From Deltaproteobacteria bacterium (GTDB lineage: Bacteria; Myxococcota_A; UBA9160; UBA6930): a DNA stretch of 62,056 bases. The notes beneath the pieces are model-generated. The model was not told the origin of the DNA. It was given only the letters and a program-made list of their open reading frames with translations, and made no database searches. Below are positions 26,185-34,659 of this stretch, piece after piece. The DNA is taken from contig JANNDT010000208.1 of NCBI GenBank assembly GCA_031387905.1, forward strand, positions 1 through 62,056. The letters run 5' to 3'. The translations under genes were made by a program, and so were the position numbers. Every line of letters starts with the position of its first letter. Position 1 is the stretch's first letter.

Positions 26185-26517
26185 TCAGGCCCGCCCGAGC
26201 GTGCCGCGAGTCTCGGAGCTCGGGAGGCTCCCGCGCACTGCGACGCGCGCTTCGCGAAGCTGCGCGAGCGCGACGCGCCGCTCGCCCTGTCGGGCCGCCA
26301 GCTGCGTCTCGGCTGCGCTGGCCGTCATGTCCACTGTGTCGAACAGGCGGCGCTCTGTCGCGTTCGGGCCGCGTCCCGAGAAGACGAGCGCGAGGTCCGC
26401 GACGAGCGTCGAGCGCGCGCTGATTAGGCGCTCGCAGGCGTCCAGGTCGTCGGCCGCGCAGGCCGCAAAGAGCGCCCGCGTGAGATCCGCGAGCTGTTCG
26501 AGCGACGGTTGCGTCAC
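26185..26517 (-). CDS. Small helical protein in the FliT position (putative export chaperone)
   Basis: 110 aa, predicted all-helical. The GTG start overlaps the fliS stop (GTGA). The assignment rests on synteny only. Confidence 0.4.
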   Translation of the reverse strand: MTQPSLEQLADLTRALFAACAADDLDACERLISARSTLVADLALVFSGRGPNATERRLFDTVDMTASAAETQLAARQGERRVALAQLREARVAVRGSLPSSETRGTLGRA

Positions 26518-26933
26518 GCGGCGCCTCCGCTCGCCGCCGGCTGCGCGACGGCGATGGTGGCGAACGCCTCCACGATCGGTTCGAGTGCGCGGAGCGCGTC
26601 CTCGAGGGCTCCACTCTCGCGCGTCACGCCCGCACGCATTAGGCGGTCGGCCGCGAACTCGTAGAGCCGATCCAGATTCGCGGCGAGCTCTCCGCCCGCT
26701 TGCAGGTCGAGCGCGCGCCGCAGCTCGGCGAGAATGTCGATCGCCTGCCCGAGCGCGCGCATGCGGGCAACGCCGTCGCCGCGCGCGAGCGCCTCGCGCA
26801 CTTTGTCGAGCGTGCGCTGGAGCAGGCGCGCCACGAGCGCTTCCGGACGCGCCGTCGCGATTTCCATTTCCAGGTAGCGGTGGCCCACGCGCGACTGCTC
26901 AGCGTGTCGAGGAGTTCGTGGAGCTGAGCCCAT
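26514..26933 (-). CDS. fliS: Flagellin chaperone FliS
   Basis: 139 aa with YLEMEIATARPEALVARLL and ILAELRRALDLQAGGELAANLDRLYEFAADRL, the FliS four-helix signature. Confidence 0.85.
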   Translation of the reverse strand: MGSAPRTPRHAEQSRVGHRYLEMEIATARPEALVARLLQRTLDKVREALARGDGVARMRALGQAIDILAELRRALDLQAGGELAANLDRLYEFAADRLMRAGVTRESGALEDALRALEPIVEAFATIAVAQPAASGGAA

Positions 26934-28320
26934 TCAGCGCGCTGCCTTGAGAGCGCAGCTGCGCTAGCAGTGCCTCCATCCGCGAGAACTGAGCCACCAG
27001 CAACTTCTCGCGAGCCGCCAGACGCAGCTCCAAGCGCTCGATCTGCGCGCTGAACGCCTTGATGCGCGAATCGATCGAGTCTTTGCGAGCGATCAGCAAC
27101 CCGAGGCGCGCATGGGTGGTCGGATCTTCTGATACGTCGAGGATCCCATCGAGCGCCTTAGAGAGCGTGACGAGCACGCCGTCGGTGACGCCGTCGCCGC
27201 CGAGCAGCTGGCGGGCGTCGACCAGGTTCGCGTCGAGCACGCTCGCCAGCTTCGTGCGGTCGAGTTCGAGCGTGCGGTCGCTCTTCAGCGATACCCCGAG
27301 ATTTATCAGGCCTGTGAGCGGATTCCCGGCGATGCCGACCGTCTTCAGGAAGGCCGTACTCAGCCGCGTTGCGATGGTGCGTAGGGCTTGATCCCCGAAC
27401 AGCGCACCCGCCTTTTTCGTCGCCGGGTCGAAGTTCGAGTTGATGCGGATGAAGCTCGCGACCTCGTTGTAAGCCGTGATGAAGGTCTCGAGCTTCGTCG
27501 CGATGGCAGCGTCGTCGCGAGCGACCTGCACCTGCACCGGCGTCGCACTCACCGCGAGCAGTTCGAGCGTGACGCCAGGCAGGACGTCGGTGACGGTGTT
27601 GGACGCACGCGTGATCGCCAGACCGAACAGCTCCAGCCGGGCGTCCGTGGCGTCCTGGCCGGCGACCCCATCCGTGAAGGCCGCGCCGCCGGGGCCGGCG
27701 ATCGTCGTGGTGAGCGTCGCGTTGTTGGCGGCGCCGGTCTGGCTCCCTTGCACCAGCAGCCGGTAGCCAGCGCCGTCGAACACGACCTGCGCGCGGATCG
27801 CGCCAGTGTTGTTGGGGTCGGCGTTGATCAGGCTGGCGAGATCGCTGAGCGATGCGCCGGCAGCGCCTACGGTGATTGCGATCGGGCTCGCGCCGCCGAA
27901 GTCGATCGAGAGTGTGTCGCCGGCGTTCGCGATGACTGCGCTGTCGGACGCGAACGCGTTCGAAACGCGGCGCGGAGGCGCCGCGAGCTGAACGACGCGG
28001 AGCGCCGTCGCGCCGGGCGAGGCCGAGCCGAACGCTCTCCCCCGCACGACGGCCTCGTCCGACGACGACGCCTTGTAGGCGAGGAATTCTTCGATGGCGG
28101 AGGCGCCGGTCAAGTCTCGCGAGCGGTTGTCGAGCGAAGCCGCCGCATCTCGTAGCGCAGTGAGCTTCTTGCCGAGATCCGTGAAAAGAAGCTTGTTGGC
28201 TTCGAACTCTTTCTTCTGCTGCTCCACGAGCGCGAGCGGACGCCGCTCCGCGCTCAGCAGCGCCTCGATCAGCTTGGCGGTATCGAGACCACTCTCCAGG
28301 CCTCCGAGCCGGATGCCCAT
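26899..28320 (-). CDS. fliD: Filament cap protein FliD
   Basis: 473 aa. The N-terminus is GLESGLDTAKLIEALLSAERRPL and the C-terminus is REKLLVAQFSRMEALLAQLRSQGSAL. Confidence 0.85.
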   Translation of the reverse strand: MGIRLGGLESGLDTAKLIEALLSAERRPLALVEQQKKEFEANKLLFTDLGKKLTALRDAAASLDNRSRDLTGASAIEEFLAYKASSSDEAVVRGRAFGSASPGATALRVVQLAAPPRRVSNAFASDSAVIANAGDTLSIDFGGASPIAITVGAAGASLSDLASLINADPNNTGAIRAQVVFDGAGYRLLVQGSQTGAANNATLTTTIAGPGGAAFTDGVAGQDATDARLELFGLAITRASNTVTDVLPGVTLELLAVSATPVQVQVARDDAAIATKLETFITAYNEVASFIRINSNFDPATKKAGALFGDQALRTIATRLSTAFLKTVGIAGNPLTGLINLGVSLKSDRTLELDRTKLASVLDANLVDARQLLGGDGVTDGVLVTLSKALDGILDVSEDPTTHARLGLLIARKDSIDSRIKAFSAQIERLELRLAAREKLLVAQFSRMEALLAQLRSQGSALNGLSSTNSSTR

Positions 28321-28357
28321 CGCCCGCTCCCCCTAATTCACGTTGGGCGGTTGCCCA

Positions 28358-28391
28358 GAGAGGGCAGCGCTCCCGCGAGCGCTGCCCTCTC
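28358..28391 (-). terminator. Perfect 15-bp stem / 4-nt loop hairpin between fliC and fliD
   Basis: GAGAGGGCAGCGCTC-ccgc-GAGCGCTGCCCTCTC lies 9 nt after the fliC stop. No U-tract follows. Confidence 0.5.
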
Positions 28392-28399
28392 CGGAACGA

Positions 28400-29227
28400 T
28401 CAGCCCCGCAGTAGTGCGAGAGCGTTCTGGCTCGAGACATTCGCCTGCGCCAGCACCGCGATGCCCGCTTGCTGCAGCACTTGCGCACGCGTGAGCGCCG
28501 CGGTCTCGGACGCCACATCGACGTCGCGGATGCGCGACTCGGCGGCCGTGGTGTTCTCGACCGCGACCGCGATCGACCGGATCGTCGACTCGAGGCGGTT
28601 CTGCGCCGTACCAAACCCGGAGCGCTTGGTCGTCACATTCGTGATCGCCGTGTCGAGGGTCGCGAGCGCCGCCTGGGCGTTCGCCTGCGTGTCCACCAAG
28701 AGCGCGTTGACGCCGATGCCGGTCGCCGTCGCATCCACGCCGGTGACCGAGATCTGGTCGTTCGCCGTGTTGTTGGCGCCCACCTGGAAGGTCACCGTCG
28801 GCGCGCTGCCGTCGAGCAGCTTCGTGCCGTTGAACTCGGTCACGTTCGCCACGCGATCGATCTCCAGGATCAGGTCCTGGAACTCCGCATTCACTACCGC
28901 GCGCTCGGGGGTGCCGAGCGTGCCGTTGGCGGACTGAACCGCGAGTTCGCGCAAGCGAACCAGGATCCCGCTCGTCTCGTTCAGCGCACCTTCCGCCACT
29001 TGCAGCAGCGAGATGCCGTCGAGCGAGTTGCGCTGCGCCTGCTGGTAGCTGCGCACCTGGGAGCGCAAGCGCTCCGAGATTGCGAGACCGGCAGCGTCGT
29101 CCGACGCACGCGTGATGCGCAAGCCCGACGAGAGGCGCTCGAGGGAGCGCGAGAGAGCCTCGGTGCTCTGCGAAAGATTACGCTGAGCATTGATCGAGGC
29201 GATGTTGGTATTGACTCGAAGACCCAT
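28400..29227 (-). CDS. fliC: Flagellin
   Basis: 275 aa. The N-terminus is MGLRVNTNIASINAQRNLSQSTEALSRSLERLSSGLRI and the C-terminus is ETAALTRAQVLQQAGIAVLAQANVSSQNALALLRG. Confidence 0.9.
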   Translation of the reverse strand: MGLRVNTNIASINAQRNLSQSTEALSRSLERLSSGLRITRASDDAAGLAISERLRSQVRSYQQAQRNSLDGISLLQVAEGALNETSGILVRLRELAVQSANGTLGTPERAVVNAEFQDLILEIDRVANVTEFNGTKLLDGSAPTVTFQVGANNTANDQISVTGVDATATGIGVNALLVDTQANAQAALATLDTAITNVTTKRSGFGTAQNRLESTIRSIAVAVENTTAAESRIRDVDVASETAALTRAQVLQQAGIAVLAQANVSSQNALALLRG

Positions 29228-29231
29228 TGTG

Positions 29232-29252
29232 TCGTTCCTTCATCCGTGAGGG
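29232..29252 (-). promoter_or_regulatory. Putative CsrA-binding GGA motifs overlapping the fliC Shine-Dalgarno
   Basis: The mRNA reads ccucacGGAugaaGGAacgacacaAUG. Two GGA motifs lie 7 nt apart; the first can sit in the loop of a short CCU/AGG stem and the second lies within the SD. csrA-fliW are encoded 2 kb away. Confidence 0.4.
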
Positions 29253-29391
29253 ATCGAGCCCGCCGATCACTGGCGAGCTTGCGAAGTCTGCGCCGAACGA
29301 ATCGGCACCGACTTCGCGGGCGCCGGTGACGCGCGCACCTTGCGCGCCCCGCCGACTCGCCGCCGGTTGCCCGGTGACGCGTTGCCTTTGG

Positions 29392-29407
29392 AGCAATCCG
29401 CATGCCA
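29392..29407 (-). promoter_or_regulatory. sigma54 -24/-12 promoter upstream of fliC
   Basis: Minus strand reads TGGCATgcggaTTGCT with correct spacing. It lies 164 nt upstream of the fliC ATG. Confidence 0.7.
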
Positions 29408-29526
29408 CGCGCAACCAGCGCCGCGCGCCGCGCGGATTGCGCGAGCGCGCGTCCCGCACTCGGCCGGTTGTTGCGTAGGCGCTGCGACCGCGTGAGCGAA
29501 GCGGCGCGGTTCGGAACGAAAGCTCA

Positions 29527-29545
29527 GCGTTTCAGGTTGAAAGTC
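29527..29545 (+). promoter_or_regulatory. Copy of the shared upstream motif (opposite orientation) upstream of the fliC promoter
   Basis: GCGTTTCAGGTTGAAAGTC lies 119 nt upstream of the fliC sigma54 promoter. Confidence 0.4.
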
Positions 29546-29609
29546 GCAGGGTCGCGCGCGCGCGCCGCGCGCGCCGCGCGCGGGCATCGAATTTGCGATC
29601 CGGCTTGTT

Positions 29610-30758
29610 ATGCAGGCCCACTCGCCGACGCGCCCGCTCGCGATCGCGACGTCGCACTCTGCGGACGGCTCGCGCAGCGCGCTCGACGGCCCGCGCGCGA
29701 TCGCAGCGCACGAGCGCGCCCGGCTCGTCGACTGGCTCGACGACGGGCTCCGCCGTGGCGAGCACGGGCGGCTCGAAGCCGAGTACCCGCTCTCGATGGC
29801 TGCGGAGCGTTGCCAAGGTCATCGCGCGATCTGGTCGGACGGCGCGCCCGTTGCACACGCGATGTTGCACGGCGCCGCGGTGCGCGCGCGCGGCGTGACG
29901 CTCCCGGTCGGGCTGATCGGGAATGTGTTCACGGCCCCGGAACAGCGCGGCCGTGGGCTAGCGAAGCGCTGCATCGAAGCCTGCCTCGCGGAGGCGCGCT
30001 CGCGCGGATACCCGCTCGCGATGTTATGGAGCGATCAGGGCGCGCTCTACGAGCGGCTCGGCTTCCAGCCGTGTGGGGTCGAGCGGCGCATCTCGCTCGC
30101 GGGGCCGGCGCTCGAGTCCGCGGCTGCGCTGCTCGGGTCCGCAGGGCGGACCGTTGCGATCGAAGTGTCGCGCCCGCAGGCGAGCGAGTTGCCCAGCCTC
30201 GAGCGGCTGTACGCCGAAAAGCCGGTGCATGTGGTGCGCGCGTGCGGCGATCTCGCGCGGCTCGCAGCCGCACCGAGCACCACGCTGCTGACCGCGCGGC
30301 GCGACGGCGCAGCGATTGCGTACGCCGCAGCGGGGCGCGGCGACGATCTGCAGGGCGTCGTGCACGAGTGGGCCGGCGACACGGATGGCGCACTCGCCTG
30401 CGTCGTGGCGCTGGCGCGCGAGCACGCTGCAGCGCTGCTCCTTGCGAGCGCAGAGCCCGAGGACCTGCCCGAGCGCCTAATCAGCCTGGGTGCACACGTG
30501 GTGCTCGCGCCCGTCGGTCTCGCGCGGCTGCTCGATGCCCAGAAGCTGTGGCGCACACTCCACCCGCACGGCAGCCGGCTCTCGTTTCGGAAGCGGGGCG
30601 AGTACGCGCTGCTCGCGGCCGGGCGAGTTCGCGAACGCCTGCCGCTCAGCCTCGCGCTCGAGTTGTTCTTCGGCAGCGCGCTCGGCGAGACCAAAGCCCG
30701 GCCTGCGCTTCCGGAACTGCCGTGGCCGCTCTACTTGTGGGGCTTCGACTCGATCTAG
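29610..30758 (+). CDS. GNAT-family N-acetyltransferase, Eis-like size (382 aa)
   Basis: Acetyl-CoA loop VFTAPEQRGRGLAKRCIEACL followed by YPLAMLWSDQGALYERLGFQP. It has a long C-terminal extension. Confidence 0.7.
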   Translation: MQAHSPTRPLAIATSHSADGSRSALDGPRAIAAHERARLVDWLDDGLRRGEHGRLEAEYPLSMAAERCQGHRAIWSDGAPVAHAMLHGAAVRARGVTLPVGLIGNVFTAPEQRGRGLAKRCIEACLAEARSRGYPLAMLWSDQGALYERLGFQPCGVERRISLAGPALESAAALLGSAGRTVAIEVSRPQASELPSLERLYAEKPVHVVRACGDLARLAAAPSTTLLTARRDGAAIAYAAAGRGDDLQGVVHEWAGDTDGALACVVALAREHAAALLLASAEPEDLPERLISLGAHVVLAPVGLARLLDAQKLWRTLHPHGSRLSFRKRGEYALLAAGRVRERLPLSLALELFFGSALGETKARPALPELPWPLYLWGFDSI

Positions 30759-30786
30759 AGGATGACCGCGGGCCTCGGCGGCGAGA

Positions 30787-31218
30787 CTAGAGGCGCAGCG
30801 GCGAGCGAAGCGGCAGCGAAGCATCCGCGAGCACGATCTGGGCAGCGCGCAGCTTCGCCTCGTTCACGAGAATTGGCGCAGCGAGATTCACATACACGCC
30901 GTCCGCATCGACGTTCACCAGCACCAGCCAGGCGACCTCGCTCGGATGCGTCGCGTCGACCGCGCGCAGATCGTTCGCACTTGGGTGCGGCACGTAATCC
31001 TTCAGCAGCTCGCTCGGGTCGAGTACGGCGAAGGCAAGGTCGAGATCGTCGAGGCTCGCAAGCCACGCGAAAGGGTGCGTGTCCTCGCGCTCGACGAGCG
31101 CAAAGGAGCGAGCGTTCGGGAAGCCGGGCAGCCCGTCGAGGTGCAGAACCCGAGCGTCGTCGATGTCGATCGCGCCGATGCGGCGATGCTCGATCGTGAC
31201 CAGCGCGTTGTGATTCAT
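30787..31218 (-). CDS. fliW: Flagellar assembly factor FliW
   Basis: Start trimmed to ATG 31218 (143 aa), which overlaps the csrA stop (ATGA). Motifs GLPGFPNARSFALVE and FAWLASLDDLDLAFAVLDP. Confidence 0.85.
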   Translation of the reverse strand: MNHNALVTIEHRRIGAIDIDDARVLHLDGLPGFPNARSFALVEREDTHPFAWLASLDDLDLAFAVLDPSELLKDYVPHPSANDLRAVDATHPSEVAWLVLVNVDADGVYVNLAAPILVNEAKLRAAQIVLADASLPLRSPLRL

Positions 31219-31454
31219 GAGCGGTCTCCTTGCTTGTTGTTTTTGCGGCCTGCAAGCGCAGCCAGCGCCGTGCGGTCGGCCGCGTCGCGGTTGGCCTCTG
31301 CGATTCGCGCGTAGACTTCTTCGCGCAGCACCGGCACGCCCGCAGGCGCTTCGATCCCGAGGCGAACCTGTCCGCGCCCCGCTTTGATCAACACGACCGT
31401 CACGCCATTGCCGATCCGGATCGCCTCGCCGCATTTTCGGGTGAGAACGAGCAT
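31215..31454 (-). CDS. csrA: Carbon storage regulator CsrA
   Basis: MLVLTRKCGEAIRIGNGVTVVLIKAGRGQVRLGIEAPAGVPVLREEVY, the canonical CsrA sequence. Confidence 0.9.
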   Translation of the reverse strand: MLVLTRKCGEAIRIGNGVTVVLIKAGRGQVRLGIEAPAGVPVLREEVYARIAEANRDAADRTALAALAGRKNNKQGDRS

Positions 31455-31456
31455 GC

Positions 31457-32401
31457 TCAGCTCAGGAAGTCGAGCAGCGAGGTCTGCACGATTCGACCCA
31501 TCGCGGCGAGCCCGGCCTGGAGCGCCGCTTCCTGCTGCGTGAGGTCGGAGATGACGCGCGCGAGGTCTGCGTCGCCGACTTCCGACACGCGGATCTCGAG
31601 ATCCACGTTTCGTTGTGACAGGCGCTGAGCCGCCGTATCGAGGGAGCTGTTGGTCGCGCCGATCGCGGTGCGTTCGAGCGCGAGTTGGGCGGAGCCGCGA
31701 TCGATGCGCGGAAGCACGGCCGCCACGCCAGCCTGGTCATTATTGACGAGCGCCTGCCAGAGATCTGCGAGCACTTGGAAGACGTCCTCGCGGCCCGGGT
31801 CGGGCACTCCGTCGCCGTCGCCATCGCCGAGGAAGGCGCGGCGGCCGTCGCTGCCGACGCTCACTTGAATGCCCGGCTCGATCTCGACTCGCACCTCGTT
31901 CGAATCACCGACGAACGCGACCGTGGGCGCGAGCGGCGGGCTCAAAGAGAATGGGCCGCTCGCGACGAAGGGAGCGGCGTCGGACGCGAAACCCGCGAAC
32001 ACGCGGGTTCCGGCGGTCTCGGTATTCGCTTCGGCGAGCAGCGCACCGTGCAGCGTGGCGACCTCGCGCGCGATCTGGGCTCGCGATGCCGCATCCTGCG
32101 TGCCATTCGCGCCTTGGATCGCGAGCTCGCGCGCACGGATCAGCACGTCGTTCGATTCGCCGAGCGCCGACTCCAGCGCGCCGACGCGCCCGCGCAGCGC
32201 GGACACGACGCGCGTGTACTGCGCGATGCCGTCGCGCTCTCCGCGCAGGCCGGCGAGGACGCCCGCGCCAACCGGGTCGTCCGAGGGGCGGTTGATGCGC
32301 AGGCCACTCGAGGCTTGCTCCTGGGTGCGCGCCAGGCGCGCGCGCGCCGCGAGCACGTCTCCGAGCACGGTCCTGTGCAGCATGTTCTGAGTGATTCGCA
32401 C
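31457..32401 (-). CDS. flgL: Hook-filament junction protein FlgL
   Basis: 314 aa. The N-terminus has QEQASSGLRINRPSDDPVGA (flagellin-like). The C-terminus has DADLARVISDLTQQEAALQAGLAAMGRI. Confidence 0.85.
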   Translation of the reverse strand: MRITQNMLHRTVLGDVLAARARLARTQEQASSGLRINRPSDDPVGAGVLAGLRGERDGIAQYTRVVSALRGRVGALESALGESNDVLIRARELAIQGANGTQDAASRAQIAREVATLHGALLAEANTETAGTRVFAGFASDAAPFVASGPFSLSPPLAPTVAFVGDSNEVRVEIEPGIQVSVGSDGRRAFLGDGDGDGVPDPGREDVFQVLADLWQALVNNDQAGVAAVLPRIDRGSAQLALERTAIGATNSSLDTAAQRLSQRNVDLEIRVSEVGDADLARVISDLTQQEAALQAGLAAMGRIVQTSLLDFLS

Positions 32402-32419
32402 GGGTCCTCCTTCGACCGC

Positions 32420-33862
32420 CTAGATCATGTTCACCACGTCTTCGAGCAATCGATCGACGAGGCTGATGACGCGCGCGTTGGCCTGGAACGCCGCCTGAAG
32501 CTCGACGAGGTGCGTGACCTCTTCGTCGAGCGAGACGCCTGAGATTTCGTCGCGGCGATTCTCGAGCGTCTCGAGAATCTGCTCCTGCGTCGTGCGCACG
32601 CTCGACATGCCGCGCACCTGGATGCCCACGTCGGTGACGAGCGAGGCAAAGTGCTCGAGCACGCTGCGCGTGGGCCCGCTCGGGGCGCCAAGGCTGTCGC
32701 CGACCACGTAGATCGGCGCTCGCGCGTCGCACAGTGCGGCGAGCGCCTGCGCGTTGCGGTTGTCGCCGGGCGCGCTGGTGAGGCCGGCTGCGATCGCATC
32801 GGGCGAAGCAAGAATCGCGGGCGCCAGCGCGAGATTCCGCGCGGCGTCAGCGACGCTGGCCGGCTGCGCAAAGAAATCTCCCACCGCACCGTTCGCGCCT
32901 GTGCCGCCGGCGTGCACTGCATTCACGCGCGCAGCAACGTTGAACGCGAGCGTGTCGAGCCCGCGCACCGCCGCAGCGATGTGCACGTCGCGCCCGCGCA
33001 GCAGCCCGCCGATGCTCCCGCCGCCGATCTGCGACGTGATGTCGGAGACGTTCGCTCCGTTCTGGAGACCGATGCGCGCGAAGCGCGGATCAAAAGGGTT
33101 ATTGGGGTCAGCGACCGCCACCAGCGTCCGTACTTGGTTGCCTTCGACGAGGCCGACGCCGTTCGCGAGCGTCACGTCGATGCGCCCGCCGTTGCCCTCG
33201 TGAACGCGCACATCGACCAAGCTCGCCAGCTCGCGCACGAGCGTGTCGCGCTGATCCATTAGGTCGTTCGCCGGCGACCCCGCGAGAGAGGAGCGCGCGA
33301 TCTGCTCATTCAGGTCGCGGACGCCAGCCAGCAACTCGTTCACCCGCGGCAGGCTGGCCTCGATCTGCCCATTCGCGACCTGCATCTCGTCGCGCAGGAA
33401 TCCGTCGAGCCGGTGCAGCGTGTCGATCAGGCTCTGCGCGGAACTGCGCACCTCGGCGCGCTCGAGTGACGCGCCCGGCGCTGCGGAGGCGGCCAGGTCC
33501 GAGAAGGAGTCGTAGAGCTGGGTCAGCGCGCTGCCTAAGCCACCGGCGGCGCGATCCGCGAGCACGCCCTCGATCAACTCGAGAGCACTCGCCTGCGCCC
33601 GCGTGCCGCCGAGGCTGCTGTCGCTCGCGAGCAACTGCTGCTGCATGAACGGGTCGACGACGCGCGCGATCCCGAGCTGCGTAACACCGCCGCCGAGCTG
33701 CACGTTGCCATAGGGCACCGGCGCCTCGGCTGCGAGCAGCTGACGTTGGCGCGAGTAATTGGGCGTTTCGACGTTGGCGATGTTATGGCCGGCGGTACGT
33801 ACGCCGAGCGCCGTCACCGCCAGCCCGCTACGCGCCACTTCGAGAGTTCCGTTGAGGCTCAT
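32420..33862 (-). CDS. flgK: Hook-filament junction protein FlgK
   Basis: 480 aa. The N-terminus has LEVARSGLAVTALGVRTAGHNIANVETPNYSRQ. The C-terminus has GVSLDEEVTHLVELQAAFQANARVISLVDRLL. Confidence 0.9.
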   Translation of the reverse strand: MSLNGTLEVARSGLAVTALGVRTAGHNIANVETPNYSRQRQLLAAEAPVPYGNVQLGGGVTQLGIARVVDPFMQQQLLASDSSLGGTRAQASALELIEGVLADRAAGGLGSALTQLYDSFSDLAASAAPGASLERAEVRSSAQSLIDTLHRLDGFLRDEMQVANGQIEASLPRVNELLAGVRDLNEQIARSSLAGSPANDLMDQRDTLVRELASLVDVRVHEGNGGRIDVTLANGVGLVEGNQVRTLVAVADPNNPFDPRFARIGLQNGANVSDITSQIGGGSIGGLLRGRDVHIAAAVRGLDTLAFNVAARVNAVHAGGTGANGAVGDFFAQPASVADAARNLALAPAILASPDAIAAGLTSAPGDNRNAQALAALCDARAPIYVVGDSLGAPSGPTRSVLEHFASLVTDVGIQVRGMSSVRTTQEQILETLENRRDEISGVSLDEEVTHLVELQAAFQANARVISLVDRLLEDVVNMI

Positions 33863-33871
33863 CGTCGCTCC

Positions 33872-34363
33872 TCAGGCGCTTTGCCGGACGAGACGGCCCG
33901 TCGCTTGTTGCGGCAGCGCCGGCCCGTAACGCGGATTCCCCGCGCTCGCGCCTTCGAGTGCGCGCAGCGTGGCCTGCACTTGCGCGAGCGCACTGCCGGC
34001 GAGAGCGCGGTTTGCGTTCAGCAACTCGCGCGCGACCGCGAGCTGCGCGCCGAGCCGACTGGCGGCATCGACGACCGGCTGCGCGGCCGGGCCGAGGCGC
34101 GCACACAGCGCGCTCAACCTGACGCGCGGCTCGGCGAACCCCAGCGCCGCTGCGAGCCGTTCGGCCACGGCGATCCGACTCTCTTCCAACAAACGGCCTT
34201 CATCCGCCAGCTCTTCCTTGTTCAGAGCGATGCGCTCGAGCTCGCGCGGATCCCGGCGCGCGAACGCGGCGCGCTCGTCGCGCAACAACTCGCACAGCCG
34301 TTCGTACAGGCTGCACTCCGCTTCGAGCAGCTCGAACATGCGATCGGCATCCGGCGTCATCAC
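33872..34363 (-). CDS. flgN: FlgN-like export chaperone
   Basis: 163 aa, helical, with LLEAECSLYERLCELLRDERAAF. It sits immediately upstream of flgK. Confidence 0.6.
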   Translation of the reverse strand: MMTPDADRMFELLEAECSLYERLCELLRDERAAFARRDPRELERIALNKEELADEGRLLEESRIAVAERLAAALGFAEPRVRLSALCARLGPAAQPVVDAASRLGAQLAVARELLNANRALAGSALAQVQATLRALEGASAGNPRYGPALPQQATGRLVRQSA

Positions 34364-34659
34364 TCGCTTCCTCGAGGCGACGGAGCGCCACCGGTGATCG
34401 CTTTCGCCAACCCGAGGCCGCCTGCCGCCGCCATGCGCTGGGCAATCTCGTCGGCGAACGCATCGCGATACATCGCACCCGCCGAGCCGCTGGAGAGCAA
34501 GCCGCCCTCGAACATCGGGCGCTGCGCCCGCTTCAGCAGCTCAGCGAGAAAGAGCGACTCGAACTCACGCGCCGCGCGCGCGGGCGTGGCCGTCTCCGGC
34601 CGCAACTCCTGTCGAAGTCCCGTGGCGCCTGCATCCGCGATTCGGCTGCTGTCGGTCAT
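34360..34659 (-). CDS. flgJ: Rod-binding protein (FlgJ N-terminal domain only, no muramidase domain)
   Basis: 99 aa with AAREFESLFLAELLKRAQ, the rod-binding motif. It shares 4-nt overlaps with both neighbours. Confidence 0.7.
   Translation of the reverse strand: MTDSSRIADAGATGLRQELRPETATPARAAREFESLFLAELLKRAQRPMFEGGLLSSGSAGAMYRDAFADEIAQRMAAAGGLGLAKAITGGAPSPRGSE

Noticed and set aside
29299-29306. GCCGATTC, resembling the sigma28 -10 element GCCGATAA, in the fliC leader
   Set aside because: No TAAA-type -35 lies at the appropriate distance, and no fliA gene is present in the window.
29550-29583. Alternating GC tract (gcgcgcgcgcgccgcgcgcgccgcgcgcg) upstream of fliC/GNAT
   Set aside because: It is low-complexity sequence expected in 70%-GC intergenic DNA. 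It has no spacer-repeat organisation and there is no evidence of function.
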